NCBI GenBank assembly: GCA_001724265.1
Contig: MEDY01000072.1
Coordinates: 62,001 to 107,250 of the forward strand
Length of the DNA stretch: 45,250 nucleotides
DNA from: Rhizaria sp. SCN 62-66
Taxonomy: Eukaryota
Direction of reading: 5' to 3'
A program made the position numbers and the translations under genes. Below, piece after piece: positions 30,084 to 39,887 of this stretch. Numbering within the stretch: position 1 is the first letter of the stretch; each line of letters starts with the position of its first letter. Under the pieces are notes generated by a model. The model saw nothing but the letters and a program-made list of their open reading frames with translations. It did not search any database and had not been told where the DNA came from.

Positions 30084-33000
30084 GTGGCTGGTGGCGGCGT
30101 GCTGTCGGTTGAGGTAGTCCGCAAAGTAAGCGAACTGGCGCTGCAGACCGGCGTTGCCCGTGGCCACGGACTGCGGCGACTGCGCTGGCCGACGCGCCGC
30201 TGACTGCGGGCGCAGCGACGCAGATTGGGGCCGCTGCGCTGCTGATTGCGGTCTCATAGCAGCCGACTGCGGCCGCGGCTGCTGCTGAGCGTGTGAGTCG
30301 AAAGCCTGCTGTGCGTAGGGCGTTGCAGACTGGGGGCGCGAGCTTGCACGCGGCGACGCGCGCGGCGATGGCGACGAGACGCGCGCGGCGCTGCCGGGAC
30401 CGAAAAACTCAAACTGTGCACCGCCGCCAGCAGCGTTGTGACCGCCGTTGTTATTGTTGCGAGGAGAAGGTCGGCCGGCGGCGCGTGCTGCCGCGAGCGC
30501 TGCGGCGGCAGCAGCGGCGTACGCGTCGGGCGCTGTGCTGCGCATCACATCGGCGTACGACGACATGCCAAGAGACTGCTGCTGTTGTTGCTGCTGTTGG
30601 GAGCGCGGCGTGGTGCTGAACAGGCTTTTGCCGCCCGTGGCCGCAGGGGCGAGGTGGTCGGCCTGCGCGGGCCTGCGCGCACCGGGGATGAGACTCGGAC
30701 CCGCAGCGCTGGCCCCAGAGCCAGCGCCAGCGCCCGGGCCAGCGCCAGGGCCAGGGACTGACTTGGTGTCCGGGAAGTGGCTCGCCTCCTGCTGCAGAGT
30801 CACGGGTACTGGCATGGGTACCGGCGAGAGCGCAGGGCTGGCGGTGCTGGGGCTGCTGGGCGGCGTCGTGCGCAGCAGCGACACGCGCAGCGCCGCGATG
30901 CCGCCGCCGAAGCCGCCGCTGAAGCCGGGGTGAGCGCCGCCGTTGGCACTCGCAGCATTGCCGTTGGTGCTAAGACCGAGGCCCGCGACGCCACCGAGGC
31001 CGGGGGACGCGGAGCCCGTCGCCGAGCGCAGCGCGGAGCCCGAAGCGGAGGCCGCCGAGAACGGACGGGGACTGTCGCCGCCGCTGTTGCTGCCCCCGGC
31101 AACGGCGCCGCTCTGACCGGCGGCGGCGCGAGGACTGCCGTTGCCGCCCATCGAGCCGCCGGCGCCGAAGAAGGCCGCGGGGCCGACGCGGGGGCTGGCG
31201 CTAAAGCCGGCACGCGGGCTGGGGGTCGGGCACGGGCTACCAGCGCCACTATGGGTGGCGTTGTGGCCGCCGCCACTGTAGCCCGTGAAGCCCGACGCCG
31301 AGGGGCGACTGCTGCCGTGACCGCTGCTGTGGCCGCTGCCGCTGCGCAGGCCGAGGGCAATCGCGGCGGTCGCTGCGGCGGCGGCAGAGACCGAGGCCGT
31401 GGCCGTGGCCGAGGTCGTCGCGTGCGCCGTCGACGCCGTGACCGGCCGCACCGCCGCCGAGCCCGGTCGTGCTGAGCCCGGACGGTCCAGGCCAGGGCCG
31501 GAGCGCGGGCTGGGCAGCACGGTGGCGGCCGCAGCGCGGGGACTGTGTCCCGGGCCGAGGCGGGACGAGGCGGTGCCGGGACGCTGCGAGGCCGAACCCG
31601 GGCGCAGCAGCGGGCTGCGGCCGGAGTCGGAGCCGGGGCCAGAGCCGGGGCCAGAGCCGGGGCGGGAGTTGGCCCCGCTGCCGTAGCCGGTGCTACCGCG
31701 CTCGTTGTCCGAGTCCGAGTCAGAGAGGGTGTACACCGCGTCGCCGTACGCACCCCCACTGCCTCCGGTGCAGCCACCGCGCGCACTGGCGGCGCGCGCC
31801 GCAGCGAGCGTGGCGGCGAGCGCGGCGGCCTCGCGCTGCAGGCGGCGCTCGTGATCACGCTCGCGCTGCTGCTGCTGCTGGGCCTGCTCCAGCTGCAGCT
31901 GGCGCTGGCGCTCATGCTCCTGCTCTTGCTCCTGCTCCTGCTCTTGCTGCCGCTGGCGCTCGTGCTGCTGCTGCCGCTGCGGGTCTTGCTGCTGCTTTGC
32001 CTGCTGCTGCTGCTGCTGCGGCTGCTGCGCATTGCTACTGCTGGCGTTGCTGATGCTGCGAGCGCGTACGCGTGTGACAACCCAGTCCATGACCTCGTCC
32101 ACGGTCGTGCGGAGCGCCGCCGCCTCCGCCGCGCTCAGCCGCTCTCTCTCGCCCGCACCGACACCGGCAGCGGCACCAGCAGCACCGCCCGAGGCGCCAG
32201 AACCCGCGGAGTGGGCCGAGCTCCCTGCACCCGCTGTGCCACTGCTGCCGCTGCTGCTGTTAATGCGAGCGCGCGCGAGGGCCCAAACCGCGCCGGGCTC
32301 GAGCTCGAAGGGCGCAGCGACGTCGAGCGGTGCGAGCCCCGCGTCGTACTCGCGGCGGCGCGCGGGGTCCTTGAGCGCGGCGTGGGCGGCCACCAGCGCG
32401 TGAAAGGCGCGCTCCGCCCAGGGGTGCGCGAGCTTGTCGGGGTGGACGCGCAGCGCCAGCTTGCGGTACCGCGCTTCGATCTCGGCCTCGGACACGAGCG
32501 GGAGCAGCGACGACACCAACGACGCCGCCACCGCGGACTGCGGCACACCACCGCCGGCGCCGAAGCCGCCGTTGGAGTTAGCGCTGGCGCCGGAAGAGCA
32601 GGAGCGGAAGGCGCGAAAGCGCGAGGCTGAGGCGGCGGCAGCGGCCTAGCGCGCGGCGGCCGCAGCGGCGCGACGCTGCTGAGCCGCGCTGGCGCTGTCG
32701 CTGCCACCGGAGTGATGCGCAGCCTTGGCGGGGCCGCCGTCGGAGCCAGCGCCGAAGAGCGGCCGCGTCCCGGGCATGCGCGCCGCTGCCGCCGCGCCCG
32801 CCGTCGCCGCGGCCTCGGCGTCGGCCTCAGCGGCCTCTGCCGCGGCCTCCGCAGCAGCGGCCGCGGCGAGGCGCGTGTGGAGCGTGGCGCAGAGCGAATG
32901 AAGGAAGGTGAAGAGCAGGCGCGTGTCACCGTAGCCGAGCGCAGCATAGTGGTGGCGCGAGAAAAGCAGCGCGGCAGCTACCACAACCGGCGGGGCCGTC

Positions 33001-33746
33001 AGTAGCTCTTGCGACGACAGGTCCGACACCGTGACGGCGCCGCCCAGCGCATTGATGTTGCTGCCACCGCTATTACTCTTGCAATTGCTGTTGTTGTTGC
33101 GAGTGGCGCTGGGGTTCGTGCCGGTGCCGGTGCTGCTGCTGCCGCCGCTAGCGTTGACGCTAGGGCGCGGGGGATTGTAGGGCTTGTTGATGTGGGGCCG
33201 CGGGCGCGGGGGGCCAGACGCCGAGGCGTAACTAGGCTGATGCTGCTGATGCTGCTGCTGCTGCACCTGCTGCTGCTGATGCTGTGACTGGTTTTGCTGC
33301 ATATTCGCACCGCCAAACGCAAACCCGTACCCGGCGTTGCCGTAACTGCCCGTGGGCGTGCTACCGCTCGAGCCGCCCTGGCTAGCGCTGCTGCCGTGTC
33401 CGTGTGTATAGTAGAGGTCCGCGGTGTGCGCCCCGACAGAGGGCGCGACCGAGGCCGCCGAGGCGCGCTGCGGCGGCCGCGTGGGCACGTGGTGCGCCGG
33501 CAGCGCGGGCGCCGGCGCGCGTGGGATGTGGAACGTGCGCGCGTCGTCGCCCGGCGCGAATGCAGACGCAGGCGCGGCGGCTGTGGGCGCGGCTGCTGCA
33601 GGGGCCGAGCTGTGCTGCTGCTGGCGGCGGGCCGCGTTGGGCGACTTGATCATGTAGACTGCATCAGGCGCTGCTGCTGGCGGCGCTGGTGATGTTATGC
33701 CCTGTGCTGGTGGCCGCGGGCGTCGCGACGGAGTTCGTGAGTCCAT
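27498..33746 (-). CDS. Large (~2,040 aa) DnaJ/J-domain protein with low-complexity tail; contains two in-frame TAG codons (32646-48, 28058-60), one frame break at a (CAG)30 tract and an intron (27657-27787)
   Basis: ORF-track pieces 32646..33806 and 29838..32546 share a frame, separated only by a TAG. 28058..30124 continues in frame past a TAG into 27443..27853. J-domain: HHYAALGY...VSEAEIEARYRKLALRVHPDKLAHPWAERAFHALVAAHAALKDPARRREYD. Last exon EYDTLRAVR...GGSKKK-TGA. No AT-rich intergenic gap between the pieces. Confidence 0.75.
27657..27787 (-). other. Spliceosomal intron (131 nt) in the J-domain gene
   Basis: Minus strand GTGCGT...GCTAAC (branch-like)...GCGCAG, AT-rich; join ARSR|EYDTLR is in frame. 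Confidence 0.8.
28058..28060 (-). other. In-frame TAG codon, probably read as Gln
   Basis: Context EQQRS-TAG-QQQQSQQPSYDDNAAYDDGDDD; the frame stays open to the intron donor at 27787. Confidence 0.7.
28772..28816. repeat. (GCCACT)n hexamer repeat encoding (GS)n on the minus strand
   Basis: Tandem gccact units; translated SGSGSGSGSGSGSGS. Confidence 0.9.
29993..30082. repeat. Perfect (CTG)30 / (CAG)30 microsatellite (poly-Gln), site of reading-frame break
   Basis: Directly counted 90 nt uninterrupted repeat. Confidence 0.95.
32646..32648 (-). other. In-frame TAG codon inside the J-domain insertion
   Basis: QQRRAAAAAAR-TAG-AAAAASASRFRAF...GGVPQSAV...HPDK; 33 sense codons link it in frame to ORF 29838..32546. 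Confidence 0.7.
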
Positions 33747-34228
33747 GTTGCGCGCGCGAGCGCGGGTTGGGAACAAGCAAGAGAAGCTCGCCGCTCGAAT
33801 GCACACGCTACTTTAAAAGTACCTGAGGCGACTGCGCTAGTCGAGACACCTTGAGTTTTAATAACAAAATATAAGTTTTATGTCTTGTTAGATGTGATAT
33901 CTTTGGTAATATTGTAATGACGATCAAATGATAGCGCACTGACCTGTTTTCGAAGCACGATTGGTAACGTCTCGCTCAACGATCAAAAAAATCCGCTCAC
34001 TGCTTCGGGACGAAGCCCGAACTTCCGCAAGCCACTCCCAGCCAGTATATCTGTTGATGGAGTTAAAACAAGTTTTTTCTGTATTAAATACTATGTTTAT
34101 TTTTAAATCTATTATTATATTTCTTATAAACCTCATATATCCACCGATATCCTTCGTTTCTTCCGCAGCGCTTTCCAAGTCCCAACCCAATCGAGACCCA
34201 CACACGCAGCCCAGCACCCGCCCACACA

Positions 34229-34963
34229 ATGTCATCATCTTCTCAGCAGCCGGCGCCCGCCGCGCTGCCCGCGGCGCGCCTGTTCGCGACGTACGGCACG
34301 ATCCGCGATGACGACGACTCGGGCGCGGAGTGGACGCGCGCCTTTCTCCGCGGGCTGGTGCCGCCCGCGCGCACCGGCGCCGTCCGCGGCTTCGCCATGT
34401 GGCGCAATGCGCGCGACAACTGGCCATGGGCCGTCCCTGTTGACAGCGCCACCGACGGCGACACATCCGTGATCACGGTGCGCGCGCTGAACTTCGGCGA
34501 CAGCGCCGCGGCGTTCGCGGCGAAGCTGGCCGAGGCGGACGAGATCGAAGGGTACCGGCCCGACGGCAGCGGACAGTACGACCGCGTCGTTGTCGACATC
34601 CGCCTCGCGCCCTGTGCGGATGGCGGACACGCGCAGACTGGCCATGCGCGGACGGGCGACTGCGAGCATAGCAGGGCTGCCAAGAGTGACTGCGAGACTG
34701 ACAAGGCCGACTGTGAGACCGTCAAGGGCGTGTTTTACTACCTCCGCGCGCTGCCCGCCCCCGCAGCTCACTCGAACACGGCGAGCATCACTGACACCGC
34801 GACTGCTGCGGATAGCACCACGACCGCTGCCAATGCGACGTTGGCCTCCCGCGGCCGCTTCGTGGACGCCACGGGGCTGGTCTGGAAGCGCGACCGCGGC
34901 GGCGACTGGCTGCGGCGCGACCGGGACCCGACGTGGTTCACTTACGACGACGATGACGACTAA
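34229..34963 (+). CDS. Gamma-glutamylcyclotransferase / AIG2-like family protein
   Basis: LFATYGTIR (cf. xFxYGTL), G.VRGFAMW...WPWAV, LAEADEIEGY, YDRVVVDI, GVFYY and GGDWL follow the GGCT/AIG2 motif order, with low-complexity insertions; stop TAA. Confidence 0.75.
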   Translation: MSSSSQQPAPAALPAARLFATYGTIRDDDDSGAEWTRAFLRGLVPPARTGAVRGFAMWRNARDNWPWAVPVDSATDGDTSVITVRALNFGDSAAAFAAKLAEADEIEGYRPDGSGQYDRVVVDIRLAPCADGGHAQTGHARTGDCEHSRAAKSDCETDKADCETVKGVFYYLRALPAPAAHSNTASITDTATAADSTTTAANATLASRGRFVDATGLVWKRDRGGDWLRRDRDPTWFTYDDDDD

Positions 34964-35024
34964 GTAAGCTGTCACAGAGGGACTGCGATGGAGAGTGCAG
35001 CGGAGTGACTTTGCGAGAGCGCAC

Positions 35025-37406
35025 TCAGATGTCGTTGATTGCGCGCACAGCCTTCGCCTCATCACCGTCGTCGTCGTCGTCGTGATCAGTCATAGCGCGA
35101 ATGTTGATCTTGCTCTTGCGCTGAGCCGTCCCCCACTCTTGCTCTCGATCTTGCGCTTCAAGCTCCTGGAGCTCCTGCGCGAGCTGCAGCGCCCGCCAGG
35201 CCCTGACGCGCGGGAACGAGGGGAAGCGCCGCGCGAATCGCTCCTCCGGCGGCGCGTCGTCCTCCGCGGGCGCCAGCGAGGCCACCCCGCACACCCACGG
35301 GTCCGCCGTCCGGGCCGCCCGCGGCGCGCGCGCCTGCTTACCGGCCGCCGCCTTGCCGGCCGCCGCCTTGCCCGTCTGCGTCCCCCGTGGCGCCGTTTTC
35401 CGGCCCGTCTTGGCCGCCGCAGCGGCTGCGGCCTGTGCGGCGGCCTGTGCGGCTGCGGCGGCGGCGTGCGCTTTGACGTGCGCGTCGTCTGCGGCCACGG
35501 CGACGTCGGCGCGGGAGAGCGCGCGCCACGACACGCCCACGCGCAGGTCCACCGTCACCGGCGCTGGCGCTGGGACAGGCGCTAGCGCGGGCGCTGGTGC
35601 AAGGTTGGGCACTGTGCGAGTGTCAGCGCCAGTGTCAGTGGCCTGCGCGCCGTGAGTGCAGTAGTCGGCGGGGGTGTTGCGCGAGCGGAGAATGGAGCGG
35701 CCAGCGTCGGTGTGGCAGTCGTTCACCCTGACAGCGCTCCCGTGATTCGCGTAAGGATTTTTCGCGGCTGCGTTCGTGTTGTTGTTGTTGTTGACTAGGA
35801 TAGAGCTCGAGCTGGCGCTTTCGCTGTGCACGCGCGTCATCCCCTGCTGCGACAGCGACGCTGACTGTGACACCGATCGTGACACCGACTGTGACGACGC
35901 AGCCAGTGATGACACTGCCAAAGACGGCACTGCGCCAACACGGGCGGCAGCGCGGGAACGGACACTCGCGCTCGCGCTCGCATTCGCACCAGCGCCAGCG
36001 CCGGTGCCAGAGCCTGAGTGAGAGCCCATAGACTGCGACTATGACTGCGCTGTCCGTGACCGTGACCGGGCCTGCGCCCTCGCCTGAGCCCTCGCCTGCG
36101 CGCGCGCCGCCGCGGCCGTGGCCGCCGCGGGAGGCAGCGCAAGTTGCTCCATCTCGCCCACAGGCTCCGCGGGCGTGGCCACGGGCGACGACACTGTCGC
36201 AGTTGCAGTCTCTATTGCTGAGGCCGAGGCTGGGGCTGGGGCGGGCGACTGCGGCGTGGCGGGTGCCGCAGTGACCGGCGGGGTGGGGGCCGCGCCCGAG
36301 AGCAGCGCGCGCACAGAGTGCAGTGAGCGCCGCGGCAGCAGCGGCGGCGTCAGCAGCAGGGCCGAGTCCTGCTCGACTTGCTCACGGCCGCAGGCACTCT
36401 CACAGTCACTGATGTCCACATGATCGCCACCGCAGCCACCGACGCAGACGCAGACGCTTTTGGCCGTCGCCGCTGTCGCCTTTCGCTTGCCTGCTGTGCT
36501 TTTCCCTTTCGACGCGGCCGCTGCTGTTGCTGCTGAGGTGTTGGCGGTGGCGGCGGTGCGAGCGCGGCGCGGCGTCAGCGGCGGGGTTAGCAGGCAGCCG
36601 CTGTGATCGCGCGCGCTCTTTGCTGTCCTAGTCGCAGTCCCACTCGCTGTCGCAGTCGCTGTCCCAGTCCTCCCAGTGGTCGCCGAAGTAGCTGTCGCAG
36701 TCGCGCTGGCGCTCGCAGCCGTGGGCGCGGCGCGCGCGCGCTTGGCGCGGTGGTGCGGCGCCTGGCGCGGCGCCGACACGAGTGCGTGGTTGCTTTCGCC
36801 GATCGCGGACAGAAACGCCGCACGCCGCGTGTGCGGCGGCTCCTGGGCCGCCAGGCGCCGCAGCTCCTCCGCCTCCGCGGCCTCGGCCGCGGCGGCCGCG
36901 GCCGCGGCGGCGTCGAGCTCGCGCTGGCGCTTACGCGGGACGAGCGCGGTGCAAAAGCGCAGCGCACCGAGGTTCAGGGCGCCCATGCGGACCGGGGACG
37001 CGTCGCGGCCCACGGCGCGGGACTCGGCCCGCAGCAGGCCCGGCGCGGCGACGGGCGGCGCCGACGCCAGCGCGGTGCGCGTGTGCGCGGCCGCAAGCGC
37101 GAGGCGGACCTGCGATGCCGTGCGCGTGGGCTTTTGCGCAGACTGCTGCTGTTGAAGCTGAAGCTGCTCTTGTTGCTGGTGTTGTTGGTACGAAGACAGA
37201 GAGAGGGAAAGGGAGAGTAACTGCGTGCGGTGCGGGACTGGCGAGAGACGCGCGCGGAGAGGGCCAGTTTCTGCGCGCGCGTTCTCTTTGTCATCAGTGT
37301 TAGCCGGTGAGACAGGGGCTGCGGTCCGTGCGGCGACGATGGAAGGCTTGGGTTTCTCGCCGATGCCCTGTGGCGAGGTGAAGACGCTGATGAGGCGGCT
37401 CAGCAT
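35025..37406 (-). CDS. Low-complexity protein of unknown function, 793 codons, with one in-frame TAG (36039-41)
   Basis: ORF 36039..37406 ends in TAG and ORF 35025..36029 begins 3 codons later in the same frame (RTAQS-TAG-SQSMGSHSG). No intergenic sequence between them; final stop TGA. Confidence 0.65.
36039..36041 (-). other. In-frame TAG codon, probably read as Gln
   Basis: Reading Q gives AQSQSQSM, the (QS)n pattern seen elsewhere in this window (SQSQSASQS, TQSQS, AQSQSQSQT). Confidence 0.7.
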
Positions 37407-38101
37407 CGCAACGAGATGGCTCCCTACAGAAAGAGTGATGGAATTTATAGAAAGTAACGAATATATAGTCAGGAATAAAGTAAGAGCCGTGATTGGCGGT
37501 CTTTTGTCACACTACAGTTTCGTCTCAGTTGTCCTGGCTCGTATTCCATCGTTCTTGAGCTTGCAACTTGAAAAAGAATGAAAGAGTCAATACGGCATAT
37601 TGACAGGCATACAAGTCATTTGCCCGCGTGTTAATTTACCGCGATAACAGTTTAAAATAATACAATTTCATACTTAGCATTCACATCCTATGATGACTTT
37701 GTTTGAAAGCTGTATCGGTGAAATTGTGATAAAACTGTGAGCGGGCATGTCACAGCGACCACAAATCAAGTTTGCGTGGCCGAGTGATGAAAATATCATG
37801 AAAATCGTGCAAATATGAACTGTATACCACACGTTTGGTGTGAACAAAAGGTAAATAACGTTTTCTTTGTTATGGCAAAGTCTTAGTTTCACGCTTGATT
37901 CATTCAAACACGTTCTAGACTCCCGCACAACAACATCTCAGCCGGTCAGTCCAGTCAGTCGGTCAACCTCGATCGATTGATCGACAAACAAACAAAACAG
38001 CTCGCGCCCTCGCAACAGCAAACCTAAAGAGCGCCCCCTTCCAAATTCTAACTAAGGTAAATGATTGTTTTCTTTTTCTTATATCGTAATGTTGCGCCTG
38101 G

Positions 38102-38981
38102 TTAGACGCCGGAGCCGCGGTCGTCGGAGAACCACTTCTGGACGTGCTGCTGCGAGAAGAGCGAGAGTCCGATGAGGAGCACGGTGGAGAACATGACGAG
38201 CCACTGCAGCCGGGAGCTGGTAGAGCGCACCATAGCAAAGTGCTGGTGTTCCTTGGTGCGCATGGAGCGCTGCGACTTCTCGATCGCGTCCAGGTCCTCC
38301 GAGAGCTTGATGACCGAGTCGACCATGGGGCCCAGGTGCTCGAGCTTGGCCAGCTCGGCCTTGTTCGCGCGCTTCGACCGGACCTCGAATGAGACAACCT
38401 TGGCAGTCCACCGCGACATCGAGTTATCAAAGCAGAACTTGTAGGCGCCCGCCGTGGTGGCCTTGAAGTTGACGCGGCCCTCAGCCTCGTTCATGTCCTC
38501 GTCCTACAGTGAAACAACGCAAATGAAGACAAAGATAAAAATCCATGGTTGATATGTTAAGATATATGTGAGATATAGTGTTAACTTACGTCGTGTCGTA
38601 TCAAAAGATGATAGCCAGAGACACATATTATCCCCGCAAAAAGTGCATATGGGTCAACATGATAGGAGAGAGCTTCAACTGCCATAAGCAAGAGTAACAG
38701 AAGCAGTGACAACAGTGACATACGGGCTTGTTGAAGAACGCCATGCGCTCCTGCATCAGGTTCCTGTTGGGATCATAGAGCTGGAACTTGATATCGAGCA
38801 GCCCGCCGCGGGTGACCTCGAAGCTCATGTCGAACTGGGCGCCCGCGGCGAGGTCCTCGTTGAAGCACTGCACGGCCTTGGGCTCGACCTGAAACGTCAG
38901 GTACGACGCCGCGCCGAGCCCCGCCATCGCGGACAACGCCGCCAGGGCCAGCGACAACGCGTACAGGGCGGCCAGACGCAT
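38102..38981 (-). CDS. p24/emp24/gp25L (TMED) cargo receptor; exons 38981-38724 and 38503-38102, 219 aa
   Basis: Signal peptide, GOLD domain (LTFQVEPKAVQCFNE...FEVTRGGLLDIKFQLYDPN...FKATTAGAYKFCFDNSMSRWTAKVVSF), coiled coil, TM and QKWF tail; stop TAA. Confidence 0.95.
38504..38723 (-). other. Spliceosomal intron (220 nt) in p24 gene
   Basis: Minus strand GTATGT...CTGTAG; join FNKP|DEDMNE is in frame. Confidence 0.9.
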
Positions 38982-39766
38982 TGCGAGCTGCGGCCGGTGG
39001 TGGCAAGGGGGCAAAGGAGGCATGGGAAAGAGTAGAACAGGCAGGGGCAATGGGTCGTAAAGTGAGCATACGGTCGCAGTGATTATAGAATGTCCTGGAG
39101 AAAAAATGAAATGCAATAAAGCAAACTGAAGTGTAGTATCTATAAATGAACTCGGATTCTTTGACAACGGACTCCGCATGACGCTATCTGTCTTTGAAGC
39201 AAAGCCAGTCTTGATGATGAATCACGATCGATTGCCACAGCGGTGGGGTCGCGGTCAAAATTCCAGACTGGCCCGGTTCCTAAAAAATCGCTCGATTCTC
39301 TATCGCCTCCGAAGATACTCGAAACAGGGGTTCGCTTGGCAGCTAGAGGCTGTGTTATGCTTTCGTACGAATAATGTGAGAATGTGCACTCCTGAGAATG
39401 CTTAGTTTTTTAATTAGAATGTCCTCTCTCAACGCTGGAGAGTCCCTATCCGATGAATGTCGGGCGTTACCAGGGCTGAGGCTGAGGTCTTGCTAACCTC
39501 TCATCCGTGGTCTTCAGCGCCCTCTGGCATTCCTGTTATGATTTCCATGGCTGATTTTCTTGCTTGCATGGCTGTTTTCTCGCTTTAAATTGATCTCTCT
39601 TTTCTTTGAAACTCGTTTTCAGCTCCTGTAGCTTTAAGTAAGACCCCCCGGACCTCTCAGTCCTGACTCGTTCGACCTCAGCTCCCGCCGTTCTGGCTCC
39701 GCTCTCCCCCGCACTTCCTCCGCACTTCCCCACAGCCTTTTCGCTGTCTCCCGCGCCCCGTGCCCG

Positions 39767-39855
39767 ATGTCTCAGCAGCAGTACGCGCAGCCAGGCCAGC
39801 CCCAGGCGCAGCCAGGCCAGCCGCAGATGACCCCTGAGCAGCAGGCACTCCTTGC

Positions 39856-39887
<32 letters not shown>

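Noticed and set aside
29847-30203. Poly-Cys ORF on the + strand
   Set aside because: Reverse reading of the CAG repeat.
27498-37406. TAG as pyrrolysine, or as Trp via A-to-I editing
   Set aside because: Pyrrolysine is not known in eukaryotes and no pyl genes are present. The contexts are poly-Q, QS and poly-A disordered runs where Trp is implausible, and the bases after the TAGs differ (CAG, GCC, TCG), so there is no shared readthrough motif. Editing cannot be formally excluded without RNA data.
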